Shown: positions 43,554-61,196, counted from the stretch's first letter. The stretch: DNA of 64,000 bases from Eledone cirrhosa (GCA_964016885.1 OZ024762.1:15376001-15440000), one strand, 5' to 3'. A program made the numbers and translations. Notes: generated by a model from the letters alone, not told the origin.

Positions 43554-43597
43554 AAGTTAAATAAAAGTCAAATGATTAAAATTTAGCTTCGTTTATT

Positions 43598-43652
43598 ACT
43601 GCTATATATATTTCAGTGACAGCCATCTTTGGCTGTGACCTCTTCAGGCAGT
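43598..43652 (-). ncRNA. Hammerhead ribozyme, family D
   Basis: Reverse complement reads actgc-CTGAAGA-ggtc acagcca aaga tggctgt cact-GAAA-tatata-TA-gcagt. Confidence 0.8.
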
Positions 43653-43765
43653 TTGAATTAGTATGGTATAGACAAGTACATATGTTGTTTAGGTGTATGA
43701 TATTGTCAATACTCTGATATGCCCAGTTCCTTGTTGGGTTGTTAAAATTCACTGGGGAACTGGAG

Positions 43766-43841
<76 letters not shown>

Positions 43842-43844
43842 TAT

Positions 43845-43893
43845 GATTCCTGATGATTTCTAAAGAATGAAACAGTTCTAGTCCTGTAGAATC
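43845..43893 (+). ncRNA. Hammerhead ribozyme, family C, tandem copy 1
   Basis: gattc-CTGATGA-tttc taaa gaat-GAAA-cag ttctagtc ctg-TA-gaatc. Confidence 0.8.
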
Positions 43894-43896
43894 TCA

Positions 43897-43930
<34 letters not shown>

Positions 43931-43942
43931 ATATATATATAT

Positions 43943-43991
43943 GATTCCTGATGATTTCTAAAGAATGAAACAGTTCTAGTCCTGTAGAATC
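43943..43991 (+). ncRNA. Hammerhead ribozyme, family C, tandem copy 2
   Basis: Identical to 43845-43893, 98 nt downstream. Confidence 0.8.
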
Positions 43992-43994
43992 TCA

Positions 43995-44785
<791 letters not shown>

Positions 44786-45163
44786 AATAGAATGAAACGA
44801 AATTTCATTTCTCACTCTTAGTACGGTACTTACTTAAGTGTACAAACAAACCGAGCATTATAATAAATGTTCGGTAAACCGATACGTGCATATATATATG
44901 TGTGCATGTATGTATATATATACATACTACTGTACGTCTGTATACATATATGTATGTACGTATACATACATACATACTTACATTTAAGTAAGTGCCGTAC
45001 TAAGAGTGAAAACATGAAATTTCGTTTCATTCTATCCCATTTATCGTTTTCGGTATGCCCAGCCGACTGAACTCACTCGATATGCAAATTAGGCTGCTCA
45101 GCCGTTAATATGCATAAGGAAAGTATATACTTTCAGACGTTCAACCACCTGGCAGGAAGGTAT

Positions 45164-45206
45164 ACGATGCTGACGATAGCTAATAAGCTTGAAACTAGTA
45201 CATCGT
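45164..45206 (+). ncRNA. Minimal hammerhead ribozyme, family H
   Basis: acgatg-CTGACGA-t agct aata agct t-GAAA-ctag-TA-catcgt; perfect 6-bp stem I, GUA site, ctag palindrome. Confidence 0.85.
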
Positions 45207-45520
45207 TCCTGTATCAGTGTTGAACAAAAAGGTGACGTGGTTGCCTAAACACTGTACGGCGTAATTCGGGCTGTTTGTTTGTTTACAAACAAACAAACCG
45301 AGCATTATAATAAATGTTCGGTAAACCGATACGTGCATATATATATGTGTGCATGTATGTATATATATACATACTACTGTACGTCTGTATACATATATGT
45401 ATGTATACATACATACATACTTATATATATATATATATATTAAAATAACCGATTAAAGTTTCTTGGATTTTAGTCTTCAAATTTATTATTATTACTATAT
45501 GTATATATACATATATATAC

Positions 45521-45564
<44 letters not shown>

Positions 45565-45609
45565 AACAGAACACACTCACTGTTTGGTTGGTTTTCGCTT
45601 CTCGCTGTC

Positions 45610-45700
<91 letters not shown>

Positions 45701-46284
45701 TACATATATATATATATAAATACACATATGTATATATATACATACACACACACACATATATATATATATATGTGTGAGTGTGTGTGTGTGTGTATGTATG
45801 TATATATACATTAACTAAGTCAACACCAGAGTGAGAGTCCCAGGTGGTGAACTGTAGCTACAACAGATCATCTCTTAGATCCTACACAACATTTGTCTTC
45901 TCTCGATCGTGTAACCACACAATTACACAACTCTTATCTGTGTAAATATATATATATATATATATGAAAAACAAGGGGAGAAGAATACTGCATGGTTGCA
46001 CATGGATTACATATTATAAAATTAGTCCCTCATCAGTGATTTGCCAACCATCATTGGTATTTCATCGCATTAAAAATCAGATACCTCAGGTTGGTGCGAG
46101 CAATAACTAAAATAAGCTATTGGGATAAGTGAAACGCGTAAAGCGAGTGAGACAAGTAAACAACAGAAGGAAAAGCAAACATATATATATATGTGTGTGT
46201 GCGTGTGTGTGTAAGAAGATGCGAGTGCCTGAATTGAATTGAATTGAATTGCATCAAAGTTTATTATACATCAATATACATTAA

Positions 46285-46341
<57 letters not shown>

Positions 46342-46676
46342 TAGATATAAATATATATCGTTATGTAATAAACCTAATAAGATAATTATTTCATTTACCA
46401 GTGGTTTCTTCATTCATCACAATAAATAATATATATATATATATATAACGAAGGAAGTGTGGTAAGGAACCAGGTGGACCGTAACGCACCAGAGTACTCA
46501 GTACTTTGGGTAGTAGAGTGGGTAATAGGAAAATGTTCAAGACCCCGACGGCAGAACTCAAGCCGTTTCGACGGCTATTTCTAGTCCAGAAATAGCCGTC
46601 GAAATGGTTTGAGCTCTGCCGTCGCGTCGGGGTCTTGAACATTTTCATATATATATATATATATATATATAAATTA

Positions 46677-46969
46677 ATTAAAATAACAGATTAAAGTTTA
46701 AGCAAAGAATCGCTGCTTTCACCCTTAACGGGATCTTCTGAAACTAACAAAGTCAATCTGTCAATAGAGTGCTCAACCGAGGGAGCACTCTATTGACAGA
46801 TTGGCTTTGTTAGTTTCAGAAGATCCCGTTAAGGGTGAAAGCAGCGATTCTTTGCTTAAACTTTAATCTGTTATTTTAATAAATATTTGCTCTAGGGTTC
46901 TTATATATTTGATATATATTTATCCTTATCGAGCCCTCTTTAGATTTTAATCTTCAAATTTATTATTAT

Positions 46970-46972
<3 letters not shown>
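46677..46972. mobile_element. Family B foldback element
   Basis: Arms of about 100 bp surround gagtgctc-aaccgagg-gagcactc. Confidence 0.8.
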
Positions 46973-47005
<33 letters not shown>

Positions 47006-47218
47006 GTTTACACATACATACATATATACATATACACCAAAAAAAAACAACCTGTTTACACCGATATTCCATCACCGACGAGAAAGTTGTCATTCAATCA
47101 TGCCGCCTACCGGAATGTAGAGACAACATGAACTCAGATATCCCAAATCGGTTGTCCCTTATTTTATTCTTTCATTCATTTATTGATATACATACACACA
47201 CACACACACACATACATA

Positions 47219-47332
<114 letters not shown>

Positions 47333-47355
47333 TATAAATATATACATTTATATAT

Positions 47356-47387
<32 letters not shown>

Positions 47388-47732
47388 GTGTGTGTGTATG
47401 TGTGTGTGTGTGTGTGTGTGTAGACATACAATACAACAGGAGGAAACATAATAGTACCACTGGTGATGTTGCAGATGTGCGACGAAAGAACTTTGATAGA
47501 CTATATATATATATTTATATCTGTATTTTAACCGCTGGTCAATCAATGATAAACATTGATTGCCAAATAAATTAACTATGGAGATATAAAAGATACAGAA
47601 GCGAAAACCAACCAAACAGTGAATGTGTTCTGTTATTATTTCTGGCAATATTATTACAACAATATGACCCTCCCCAAGTATAACAATATTTGTTTCGACA
47701 CACCACGATTTCATATCAAAAACCTCGCAAAA

Positions 47733-47794
<62 letters not shown>

Positions 47795-48020
47795 TATAAT
47801 TGTTCTCAACGATCCACATAACGACGTAATTGTGTTCGCTATTATCCGTTCATTGTCAGGGAACGACTTCACGAACCAAAGTATCGTCTTCCTGTTTTCC
47901 TTCGGTTGCAACGTTTTTCGAAATATTTACTTCTGCGTCCACAGATTGATTTTTTTTTAGTTTCAGAAGATCCCGTTAAGGCTGAAAGCAGCGATTCTTT
48001 GCTTAATCTTTAATCTGTTA

Positions 48021-48092
<72 letters not shown>

Positions 48093-48936
48093 TCTTAATT
48101 TGCATCCCATTCTTCTTCCTTTTTATTAAAATCTTCTCTCTCCCTCACCCGTGGCTCAACCTTACACCCCCACATTACACAAATATATAAACCTTATGTT
48201 TCCATGAGAAATATGTACAGACATACATGCATATGTGTGAGTGCTCATTTCTGTGTGTATATGACTGTATAGACACATAGATGTATAATTGTGTGTATGT
48301 AAATCTGTGCGTGTGTACACACATACACATATATGTCATCATCATCATTATCATCATCATCATCATCATGACAAATATATGTATAAATATTATAAATACA
48401 CCTATATAATACATCCTGGATACATACATATATACACACATTTATATAAATATACCTATATACATGCATACATACATACACTTATATAAATATACCTATA
48501 TATATACATACATGCATATATATACATGTATACATACATAGATACGTGCATATATACATACATATATACATACTTACATACATACAAACATACAGACATA
48601 TATACAAACATACATACACTTATATATACATGCAAGTACTTACATGTGCGGCCTATTCATGCATACACCACACACACAGATAGACACTCTCACACACATA
48701 TATACACTCACACACACACACATACACACCTACACACACACACAGATACATATATATATATATATATATAAACATATATATATACGTTATTCCGGGTTGA
48801 ATTGATTAAACATATATATATATATATGTATATAAACACACACAAACACAAAGATATATACACACACACACATATATATATATAAACACACATATACACA
48901 CACCATACAGATATACACACACACACAGATATATAT

Positions 48937-48967
<31 letters not shown>

Positions 48968-49943
48968 AATACACATATACACACACATACAGATATATAC
49001 TCACACACACACATAAATACACACACGAGAAAGATGGCGACGTGTATAACGAAACTCACTGGAAATATATTAGATTTACTGTAATATAAGGGATTTCATT
49101 CTTTTTCTTCTTCTTTCTCTCTCTCTTTCTTTTTTTCTCTCTTTCTCGCTTTCTTTCCTTTTTCTCTCCTTCGTTCTTTCTTTCTTTCTTTTTTTCTCTC
49201 TCTCTTTCTTTCTCTCTTTCCTTCTTTCTTCCTTTCTTTCTTTTTTTTCTCTCTCTCTCTTTCTTTCTTTCGCTCTTTCTATCTTTCTCTCACTCTCCTT
49301 TCTTTCTTTCGTTCTTTCCTTCTTTCTTTCTTTCTTTTTTCTCTCTAGCTTTCTTTCTTTCCTTTCTTCTTTCTCTCTTTCTTTCTTTCATTCTTTCACT
49401 CTCTCTTTCTTTCTTTCTTTCTTTCTTTCCTTCTTTCGTTCTTTTTTTCCTTTCTTTTATGTTATGTTTAGTGTTGTAGTTGTAGTTGTAGTTGTAGTTG
49501 TAGTTGTAGTTGTAAGCTATAAACTTGTTCACTCCAAAGCTGTCTGCTGGAAATGATTTGCAACGCGAATTATCCAATCAGCTTCCGCCATATAAGAAGC
49601 TGCCAAGGGTATGTTTAACCCCATAGCCTATACCACACCCCGCCACACACACCACCACCACCACCATCATTACCATCATCACCACCACCGTCACCACCAC
49701 CACCATCACCGTCGCCTCTACTATCACCACCATCACAGTCGCCACTACCATCACCACCTCCCCCGTCGCCACCACACAACCACCACCATCACCACCACCA
49801 CCACCACCACCTCCCTTGCCACAGCTCTATATACCCAGTCCGTCACCCACCTACCAACCCCGATCTCCCCCATTTCCCCACCCACCCTTACAGGCACACC
49901 ACACACTTCTAATATAGCACATTTCTTTATATATATATTTATA

Positions 49944-50006
<63 letters not shown>

Positions 50007-50273
50007 TTATTAAAATAACAGATTAAAGTTTAAGCAAAGAATCGCTGCTTTCCCCCCTTAACGGGATCTTCTGAAACTAACAAAGTCAATCTGTGAACGC
50101 AGAAGTGAATATTTCAAAAAACGTTGCAACCGCTTAAACTTTATCTGTTATTTTACGGTTCTTATATATTTGATATATATTTATCCTTATCGAACCCTCT
50201 TTGGATTTTAGTCTTCAAATTTATTATTATTATTATATATATATGTATATATATTATTACTACTGTATATATA

Positions 50274-50380
50274 ATCCCGCCGAGGTTAACTTTGCCTTTC
50301 ATCCTTACGGGGTCGATAAAATAAAGTACCAGTAATGCACTGGATAATTGCTGGCCTTGTGCCTAACGTAGAAACAATTA
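50274..50380 (+). mobile_element. SINE family 1, 3' part
   Basis: Identity to the 17172 copy. Confidence 0.85.
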
Positions 50381-50434
<54 letters not shown>

Positions 50435-50504
50435 GAAAAGTATAGAAATTATTGTAGCAAGAAGCCAACAGTATTCCATAATATATAAGTGACTATATAT
50501 ATAT

Positions 50505-50720
<216 letters not shown>

Positions 50721-50807
50721 ATACTTGGGGAGGGTCATATTTGTGTAATATTGCCAGAATTAATAACAGAACACACTCACTGTATATACATGCGTATGTG
50801 TCTATGC

Positions 50808-50871
<64 letters not shown>

Positions 50872-50915
50872 AATATATAAATATATATATATATATTATA
50901 TATATATATATATAA

Positions 50916-51247
<332 letters not shown>

Positions 51248-51499
51248 TACCGTATGTAAATTTTGTGGTTATCTCAACGTATTTATGTTTTACTGTTTAT
51301 ATTTGAGAGTGATAAAAAACCATTAAAACTGTATTTAAATGTTGGCTGTCTCAGTGGAAAAAGCTAAGAGTGGGAGGTTAGAAAACTAGGGGCTTGTTTC
51401 AACACGCTGACGTATATGTGTATATATATATGTGTATATATTTTTGTGTGTATGTCTGCGTGTATTTAGGTGTGTTTCTACATATACATACATTTATAT

Positions 51500-52030
51500 G
51501 TATGGTATGGTATGGTATGGTATGGTATAGTATAGTATGGTATGGTATAGTATGGTATAGTATGTTATAGCATGTTATAGTATGGTATGGTATAATACGG
51601 TATGGTATAGTATGGTATGGTATGGTATAGTATAGTATGGTATGGTATGGTATAGTATGGTATGGTATGGTATAGTATAGTATGATATGGTATAGTATAG
51701 TATGGTATGGTATGGTATAGTATGTTATAGGATGTTATAGTATGATATGGTATAATATGGTACAGTATGGTATAGAATAGTATGGTACTGTGTTGTTTTT
51801 TTGTATGGTATGGTATATGCATGGTATAGTATAGTGTGGTATAGTATGGTATGGTATAGTATAATATGGTATGGTATGGTATGGTATAGTATGGTATAGA
51901 ATAGTATGGTATTGTGTTGTTTTTTTGTATGGTATGGTATATGTATGGTATAGTATAGTGTGGTATAGTATGGTATGGTATAGTATAATATGGTATGGTA
52001 TGGTATAGTATGGTATAGTATAGTATGGTA
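51500..52030. repeat. (TATGG/TATAG)n pentanucleotide satellite
   Basis: Direct reading. Confidence 0.95.
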
Positions 52031-52151
52031 CTGTGTTGTTTTTTCAGTACGTCCTCATCAGACAAAATATATGATTTGATATATGACATTGACTGCCAAT
52101 ATTGGAATTGAATAATCAAGACCGTAGCGGTATGTCATATATCAAATCATA

Positions 52152-52215
52152 TATTTTATCTGATGAGGACGTACTGAAAAAACAACACAGTACCTTGAAA
52201 TATATATAATAAAGT
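52152..52215 (+). ncRNA. Hammerhead ribozyme, family A
   Basis: tattttat-CTGATGA-ggacgtactg aaaaaacaaca cagtacctt-GAAA-tatata-TA-ataaagt; partial inverted copy at 52028-52082. Confidence 0.75.
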
Positions 52216-52359
52216 CTATATTTTGATTATGAGAATATTTATCATTTATTAACATTTTGAATAATACTAAAAACTCCAGGAAAATTTCTTTGTTGAGTGC
52301 TTCTAATCTATTGTAAAATTGTATTCGTTGAGTAATCAACGAACCATGCTAATCTTTGG

Positions 52360-52398
<39 letters not shown>

Positions 52399-52435
52399 CA
52401 TACATAGATAGATACATACACACACACGCACATAT

Positions 52436-52470
<35 letters not shown>

Positions 52471-52502
52471 ATAAATGTAATCTGAGTTTTTCGAATATTA
52501 AT

Positions 52503-52686
52503 AATTGTTTCTACTTTAGGCACAAGGCCAGCAATTACCCAGTGCATTACTGGTACTTTATTTTATCGACCCCGTAAGGATGAAAGGCAAAGTTAACCTC
52601 GGCGGGATTTGAACTCAGAATGGCAAGGGCCGTAACTCTATGCGTCAAAGCATGGCGTCCGACCCTCTACCGATACTGCCAATCCA
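52503..52686 (-). mobile_element. SINE family 1 nested in the left arm of foldback 52470-52908
   Basis: Removing it largely restores the arm complementary to 52844-52908. Confidence 0.9.
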
Positions 52687-52776
52687 CATTCGATTCGTTT
52701 GCAGTTATGCAAAGCAAACAAGCCTCAATTTTATAGCCATGTCAGTAGAATGAACTCTTCATTCTTGCTCTTGTGT

Positions 52777-52821
52777 TGCGCAAGGATGACACGCAAATTC
52801 GTGAAGCGTTCCATAATTTTT
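52777..52821 (+). pseudogene. U6: U6 snRNA 3' fragment
   Basis: tgcgcaaggatgacacgcaaattcgtgaagcgttccataattttt matches the conserved metazoan U6 3' end; the 5' part (ACAGAGA box) is absent. Confidence 0.9.
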
Positions 52822-52959
52822 GCAGTTCTGTTCACATGCCTTGTTTGCATAATTGCAAACGAATCGAATGTTATTATTAATATTCGAAAATCTCAGATTA
52901 CATTTATTGTATTCAGCCATGTAGAGCGAAAAAAAATTTCTTTTATATATATATATATG

Positions 52960-53024
<65 letters not shown>

Positions 53025-53116
53025 TATATTAGTATATGTTGGTTTGGTTACTCCGGAGTAATGTAAAATAAACTAAAATAAATAAGTCAAATATTTAAAA
53101 TTTGCCTTCGTTTATT

Positions 53117-53171
53117 ACTGCTATATATATTTCGGTGACAGCCATCTTTGGCTGTGACCTCTTCAGGCAGT
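53117..53171 (-). ncRNA. Hammerhead ribozyme, family D (left arm of foldback 53111-53503)
   Basis: Reverse complement reads actgc-CTGAAGA-ggtc acagcca aaga tggctgt cacc-GAAA-tatata-TA-gcagt. Confidence 0.8.
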
Positions 53172-53442
53172 CCGAATTAGTGTGGTATAGACAAGTACAT
53201 ATGTTGTTGAGGTGTTTAACTTTGTCAATACTCTGATATGCCCAGTTCCTGGTTGGGTGTTGTTTCACTGAGGAACTGGAATCATAGGAATTTAAACAAA
53301 CGAATTTCAGCGTTCGTTTAAATTCATATGATTCCAGTTCCTCAGTGAAATAACAACCCAACCAGGAACTGGGCATATCAGAGTATTGATAAAGTTAAAT
53401 ACCTCAACAACATATGTACTTGTCTATACCACACTAATTCGG

Positions 53443-53497
53443 ACTGCCTGAAGAGGTCACAGCCAAAGATGGCTGTCACTGAAATATATATAGCAGT
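53443..53497 (+). ncRNA. Hammerhead ribozyme, family D (right arm)
   Basis: actgc-CTGAAGA-ggtcacagccaaagatggctgtcact-GAAA-tatata-TA-gcagt. Confidence 0.8.
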
Positions 53498-53534
53498 AAT
53501 AAATATATATATATATACAAATATATATATAATA

Positions 53535-53696
<162 letters not shown>

Positions 53697-53739
53697 CCTT
53701 CCTTGTTCAGTCATCATACCAAAAGCTTAACATTATTTG

Positions 53740-53917
53740 GTGTATTGGCAGTATCGTAGAGGGTCGGACGCCATGTTTCCAGCATAGTTACGTCCCTTTA
53801 CGATCTGAGTTCAAATCCCGCCGAGGTTGACTTTGCCTTTCATCCTTACGGGGTCGATAAAATAAAGTACCAGTAATGCACTGGGTAATTGCTGGCCTTG
53901 TGCCTAAAGTAGAAACA
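53740..53917 (+). mobile_element. SINE family 1 inside the second copy of the 16687 host element
   Basis: Same flanks (aaaagcttaacattat / attatttgtttaagcagacag) as the 17172 copy. Confidence 0.85.
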
Positions 53918-54235
53918 ATTATTTGTTTAAGCAGACAGTACCTGATTTAGGAGTTGCAGAAACCCCATATTGGATTTTACCACCGTTTCCAGGGGTCCGG
54001 GTATAATTTTCAGTCATATTTTATTATTTGTTTGACCCGAATAGCTTGGTCGTTTCTATGGCTTTGCGGATAATGGTTTAACCATCGTCTCAGTAGGTTT
54101 GGCCTTTTAACGTATGTTTATTGCTCTAGTTCACTAGTTTCTATTGAGCGGTTGCCACACATCTCGGAAGTTGTTTTTCTCTAATTTCCAATAGCCGAAA
54201 TGCGATTCTCGCTAATTTATATATATATATATATA

Positions 54236-54482
54236 CGGGGAAAAGGAGTTGAAAATACAATTGGAGTCTTTAAGAAGGTATAAGAGGAGGCTTTGTGGTT
54301 TTCAAAAGTTAAGTGCGATGGAGAGATATGTGGTTATGTGTCCTACAAGACTGCATAACCAGATATCTCTCAATCTCTCTTAACTTTTGAAAATCACGAG
54401 ACTTGTGAAACCGGTAAAGTTATAAATTATTGTAAATAAACCTTCTTGAAGACTCCAATTGCATATTGAACTTCCTTTTCCT
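54236..54482. repeat. Old imperfect foldback with a decayed hammerhead
   Basis: Arms ggaaaaggagtt..caattggagtctt / aagactccaattg..aacttccttttcc; contains aactt-ttgaaaa-tcacgagacttgt-GAAA-ccgg-TA-aagtt. Confidence 0.65.
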
Positions 54483-54526
54483 ATGTTTACCTATGTGGAA
54501 CATATCAAATAGACCTCACACATACG

Positions 54527-54572
<46 letters not shown>

Positions 54573-54726
54573 TGTGTGTGTGTGTGTGTGTGTGTATGTG
54601 TGTGTGTGTGTATGTGTGTGTGTGTCTCTCTCTCTCTCTATATATATATATAGAGAGAGAGAGAGAAAGAGGGAGGGGAGAGAGAGAGAGACACACACAC
54701 ATATATATATATATAGAGAGAGAGAG

Positions 54727-54775
<49 letters not shown>

Positions 54776-55233
54776 CATTACCAGACATTTAGACAGACAG
54801 TCAGAGAAATAGGGGGAGTGATATGGGGGGGGGAATAATTCTACGCCGCCATCAGACTCCTGCCATCTAGGAGGGGGTGGAGAGGGCGGGACTGAGGTTT
54901 AAATAACAAAATATAACAAGACATAAAACGAAAAATAAAATTAAAAAATGTAAAAAAGCCAAGAAAAAACAACAAATGAACAACTAGCGTGACATGACCG
55001 GATGTCCGGCTGTTTGGCACGTGTAAACGGAATTGCTGGCGACTTGGAACTGGGACTGGTGTCAGGCTAGTTGGTGGTGGTTGTGGTGGTGGTGGTAGTG
55101 GTAGTGAAGGCGTGGTGGTGGTGGTGATGGTGGTGGTGGTGTCGTAGAGGATGGGGTGAGGGTGAGGTGTATGAAAATACTACTACCCAGATTTTCTCTA
55201 GGTAGTAACAGATATCAGATACACACATATATA

Positions 55234-55285
<52 letters not shown>

Positions 55286-55288
55286 ATA

Positions 55289-55360
<72 letters not shown>

Positions 55361-55418
55361 TATAAATATAACCCCACCCCTCCTCCCCCTTCTCTCTCTA
55401 CTATATATATATATATAC

Positions 55419-55482
<64 letters not shown>

Positions 55483-55564
55483 AAATCCCGTTAAGGGTGA
55501 AAGCAGCGATTCTTTACTTAAACTTTAATCTGTTCTTATAATATATTTATATATTTATATATAT

Positions 55565-55624
<60 letters not shown>

Positions 55625-55637
55625 CATACATATATAA

Positions 55638-55678
<41 letters not shown>

Positions 55679-55744
55679 TATATGTATATAAATAAATAAA
55701 TGAATATATATATATATATATACACACACACTTATATATGTATG

Positions 55745-55792
<48 letters not shown>

Positions 55793-55829
55793 TAATAAAT
55801 AAATAAATATATGTATATAAATAAATAAA

Positions 55830-55920
<91 letters not shown>

Positions 55921-56685
55921 GGGGTATTTTAATTTTTACCGTTTCAATCATTAGGTTGCGGCCATGTTGGGGCACTGCACACATACAAACACATACTCTG
56001 AGACACTGACAAAAGTGACACATACACACATGCACACAGACACACACATACATACACACACAGACATACACACATATACATACACACACATACACACAGA
56101 CATACACACATGCACACAGACATACACTCAGACACACACATACATACACACAAATACACACACAGACATACACACACATACACACAGACATACACACATA
56201 CATACACACATACACACAGACATACACACACAGACATACACGCATACACACAGACATACACACACATACACACACACACAGACATACAAACAGACATACA
56301 CAGACATACACACACAGACATACACACACAGACATACACACACATACACACAGACATACAAACATACACACAGACATACACACATACACATACACACACA
56401 CATATACACACAGACATACATACACACATACACAGACATACACAGACATACACACATACACACATACACACAGACATACACACACACACATACATACTGG
56501 GAGACTAACTAAACAGACAGACACAACAATAATATAAAGAACAACAATAAAAACAACATGTAGGAGGGAGGAAGGGGGAGGAGAAAATTAACATGGAAGC
56601 AAATAAGACATGTCGTTGGTGGTGGGCATGTGGATTGTCTGTCAGGTCTCTTATTATCAAATTGATGTTGAAGCCGTCAATTTTA

Positions 56686-57186
56686 ATCTTCTTCTCTTTC
56701 CTCCTCTTCCTTCTTTTTCTTCTTCTTTTCCTCTTCTTCTTCTCCTCTCTTCTTCTTCTGCTACTTCTTCCTCGTCTTCTTTTTCTCCACCTTCTCTCTA
56801 CTTCTGCTTTATTTCTTCTTCTCTCTACTTCTTCTTCTCTTTCCTCCTCTTCCTTCTTTTTCTTCTTTTCCTCTTCTTCTTCTTTTTCTCTCTTCTTCTT
56901 TTTCTTCTTCTTCTGCTACTTCTTCCTCGTCTTCTTTTTCTCCACCTTCTCTCTACTTCTGCTTTATTTCTTCTTCTCTCTACTTCTTCTTCTTCTCTTT
57001 CCTCCTCTTCCTTCTTTTTCTTCCTTTTTTTGTCTTCTTCTTTTCCTCTTCTTCTTCTTTTTCTCTCTTCTTCTTTTTCTTCTTCTTCTGCTACTTCTTC
57101 CTCGTCTTCTTTTTCTCCACTTTCTCTCTACTTCTGCTTTTTTCTTCTTCTTCTCTCTACTTCTTCTTCTCCCTCTACTTCTTCCT
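56686..57186. repeat. (CTT)n-rich polypyrimidine tract
   Basis: Direct reading. Confidence 0.9.
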
Positions 57187-57386
57187 NNNNNNNNNNNNNN
57201 NNNNNNNNNNNNNNNNNNNNNNNNNNNNNNNNNNNNNNNNNNNNNNNNNNNNNNNNNNNNNNNNNNNNNNNNNNNNNNNNNNNNNNNNNNNNNNNNNNNN
57301 NNNNNNNNNNNNNNNNNNNNNNNNNNNNNNNNNNNNNNNNNNNNNNNNNNNNNNNNNNNNNNNNNNNNNNNNNNNNNNNNNNNNNN
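57187..57386. other. Assembly gap (200 N)
   Basis: Run of N. Confidence 0.99.
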
Positions 57387-58822
<1,436 letters not shown>

Positions 58823-59786
58823 TTTATTAAAATAACAGATTAAAGTTTAAGCAAAGAATCGCTGCTTTCACCCGTAACGGGATCTTCTGGGGTAGTAGAG
58901 TTTGATAATATAAGAGTCAGGGCCCCGATTGGTGGTGGTGGTGGGATGGCTGCGTGGGATCGCAACGATGGACCATCAGGGCTCAGTCCCACTGCGAGAC
59001 ACCTTGACCAAAGTGTTTCCTACTGTATCGTCTGTTGGCTGCTTGGTGAATGAGTTCGGTTCGCAACGCCGAGGGTTCGGGTTTCAGTCCCACTGCGCAA
59101 CAGTACATTTGGGGCCAGTGTCTTCTACGGTAACCTCGGGTTGACCAATGCCCAGTGGGTAAAATTTGATGAACGGACACAACAGAAGTCTGTTGATTCG
59201 GACGACGAGTGCTCCCGTTGCTTGACCAACGTAACAGCTTGCTCGTGACATTAACGTGCGAGTGTCTGAGCATTCCATAAACACGTGTACGTTTCACCTG
59301 TGTGACAAGGCTGGCTCGGAGAATTACTGGCACAGTTCATCTTGTATTATAGAGTGAATAGCTGAGTATCCCCACGCCCGGACACGCGAACCCATAGCTT
59401 AATTTCTCAGGGAGATTCAGCATAATAAATCTGGTCCTTTTTTTTTGTTTTAACTGGTGAGTGAACAGAAGCTAATATGCCCTACCCTTTCTAAGAAAGT
59501 TGGGTGCTAAAAAACACAACGTGATGCTGGGGATTCGAACTCATAGCCCCATGATCGTCAGTCAAACACCCAAATCACTGAGCGACCTTCTCTAAAACAA
59601 AACTATATATACCATGAAGAAAATAATTTTCTAAAACTAATCCTGAACAGTATCTAGTGACTATTTCATAAATTACTTATAAATTTTACATTAATCAAAT
59701 TATGGCTAACTAAAATAAAAAAAATATATTATTCGCTGTGTCTTCACGGGACGCTAGGTGTGTGTATGTGTATGTATATATATATT

Positions 59787-59847
<61 letters not shown>

Positions 59848-59900
59848 ATATACATAAATATATAATATATATATGTATATGTGCATATACATATATACAC

Positions 59901-59963
<63 letters not shown>

Positions 59964-60007
59964 AATATATAATATATATATTTATATGTGCATATACATA
60001 TATACAC

Positions 60008-60062
<55 letters not shown>

Positions 60063-60102
60063 TATAATATATATATTTATATGTGCATATACATATATAC
60101 AC

Positions 60103-60151
<49 letters not shown>

Positions 60152-60195
60152 AATATATAATATATATATTTATATGTGCATATACATATATACAC

Positions 60196-60249
<54 letters not shown>

Positions 60250-60664
60250 ACTAGAAATAGATTGACACACATATATATATATAAAATAAATACATGAAAC
60301 AATCTCAGGGAATAATTTGTAAAGTGTATATATATATGTATATATATATGTATATATATGTATATATATATATGTATATATATGTATATGTTTATATATG
60401 TATATATATATATGTATATGTATATATATGTATATATATGTACATTTATGTATATATATGTACATTTATGTAATTATATGTATATATATATGTATATGTA
60501 TATATATGTACATTTATGTACATTTATGTATATATATGTATATATATGTACATATATGTATATATATGTGTATATATATATGTATATATATATATGTATA
60601 CATATATATATATATATGTACATATATGTATATATATGTGTATATATATATGTATATGTATACA

Positions 60665-60698
<34 letters not shown>

Positions 60699-60838
60699 CA
60701 TATGTATATATATATATATATATATATACATACATATATATATATACATATATATATACATACATATATATATATACATATATATATATACATATATATA
60801 TATATACATATATATATACATATATATATACACACACA

Positions 60839-60875
<37 letters not shown>

Positions 60876-60947
60876 GTATATATATATACACACATATATA
60901 TATGTATATATATATATATATATATATACATATGTATATATACACAC

Positions 60948-60980
<33 letters not shown>

Positions 60981-61045
60981 ATATATGTGTGTGTGTATAC
61001 ATATACATATATATATACACATAAATATATATATATTTATATATA

Positions 61046-61085
<40 letters not shown>

Positions 61086-61136
61086 TACACATATATATAA
61101 GTATATATGTATATATATATATACATATGTATATAT

Positions 61137-61196
<60 letters not shown>

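Noticed and set aside
45985-46040. Minus-strand CTGATGA here and CTGACGA at about 25210
   Set aside because: No GAAA or closing stems follow; at most these are dead motifs.
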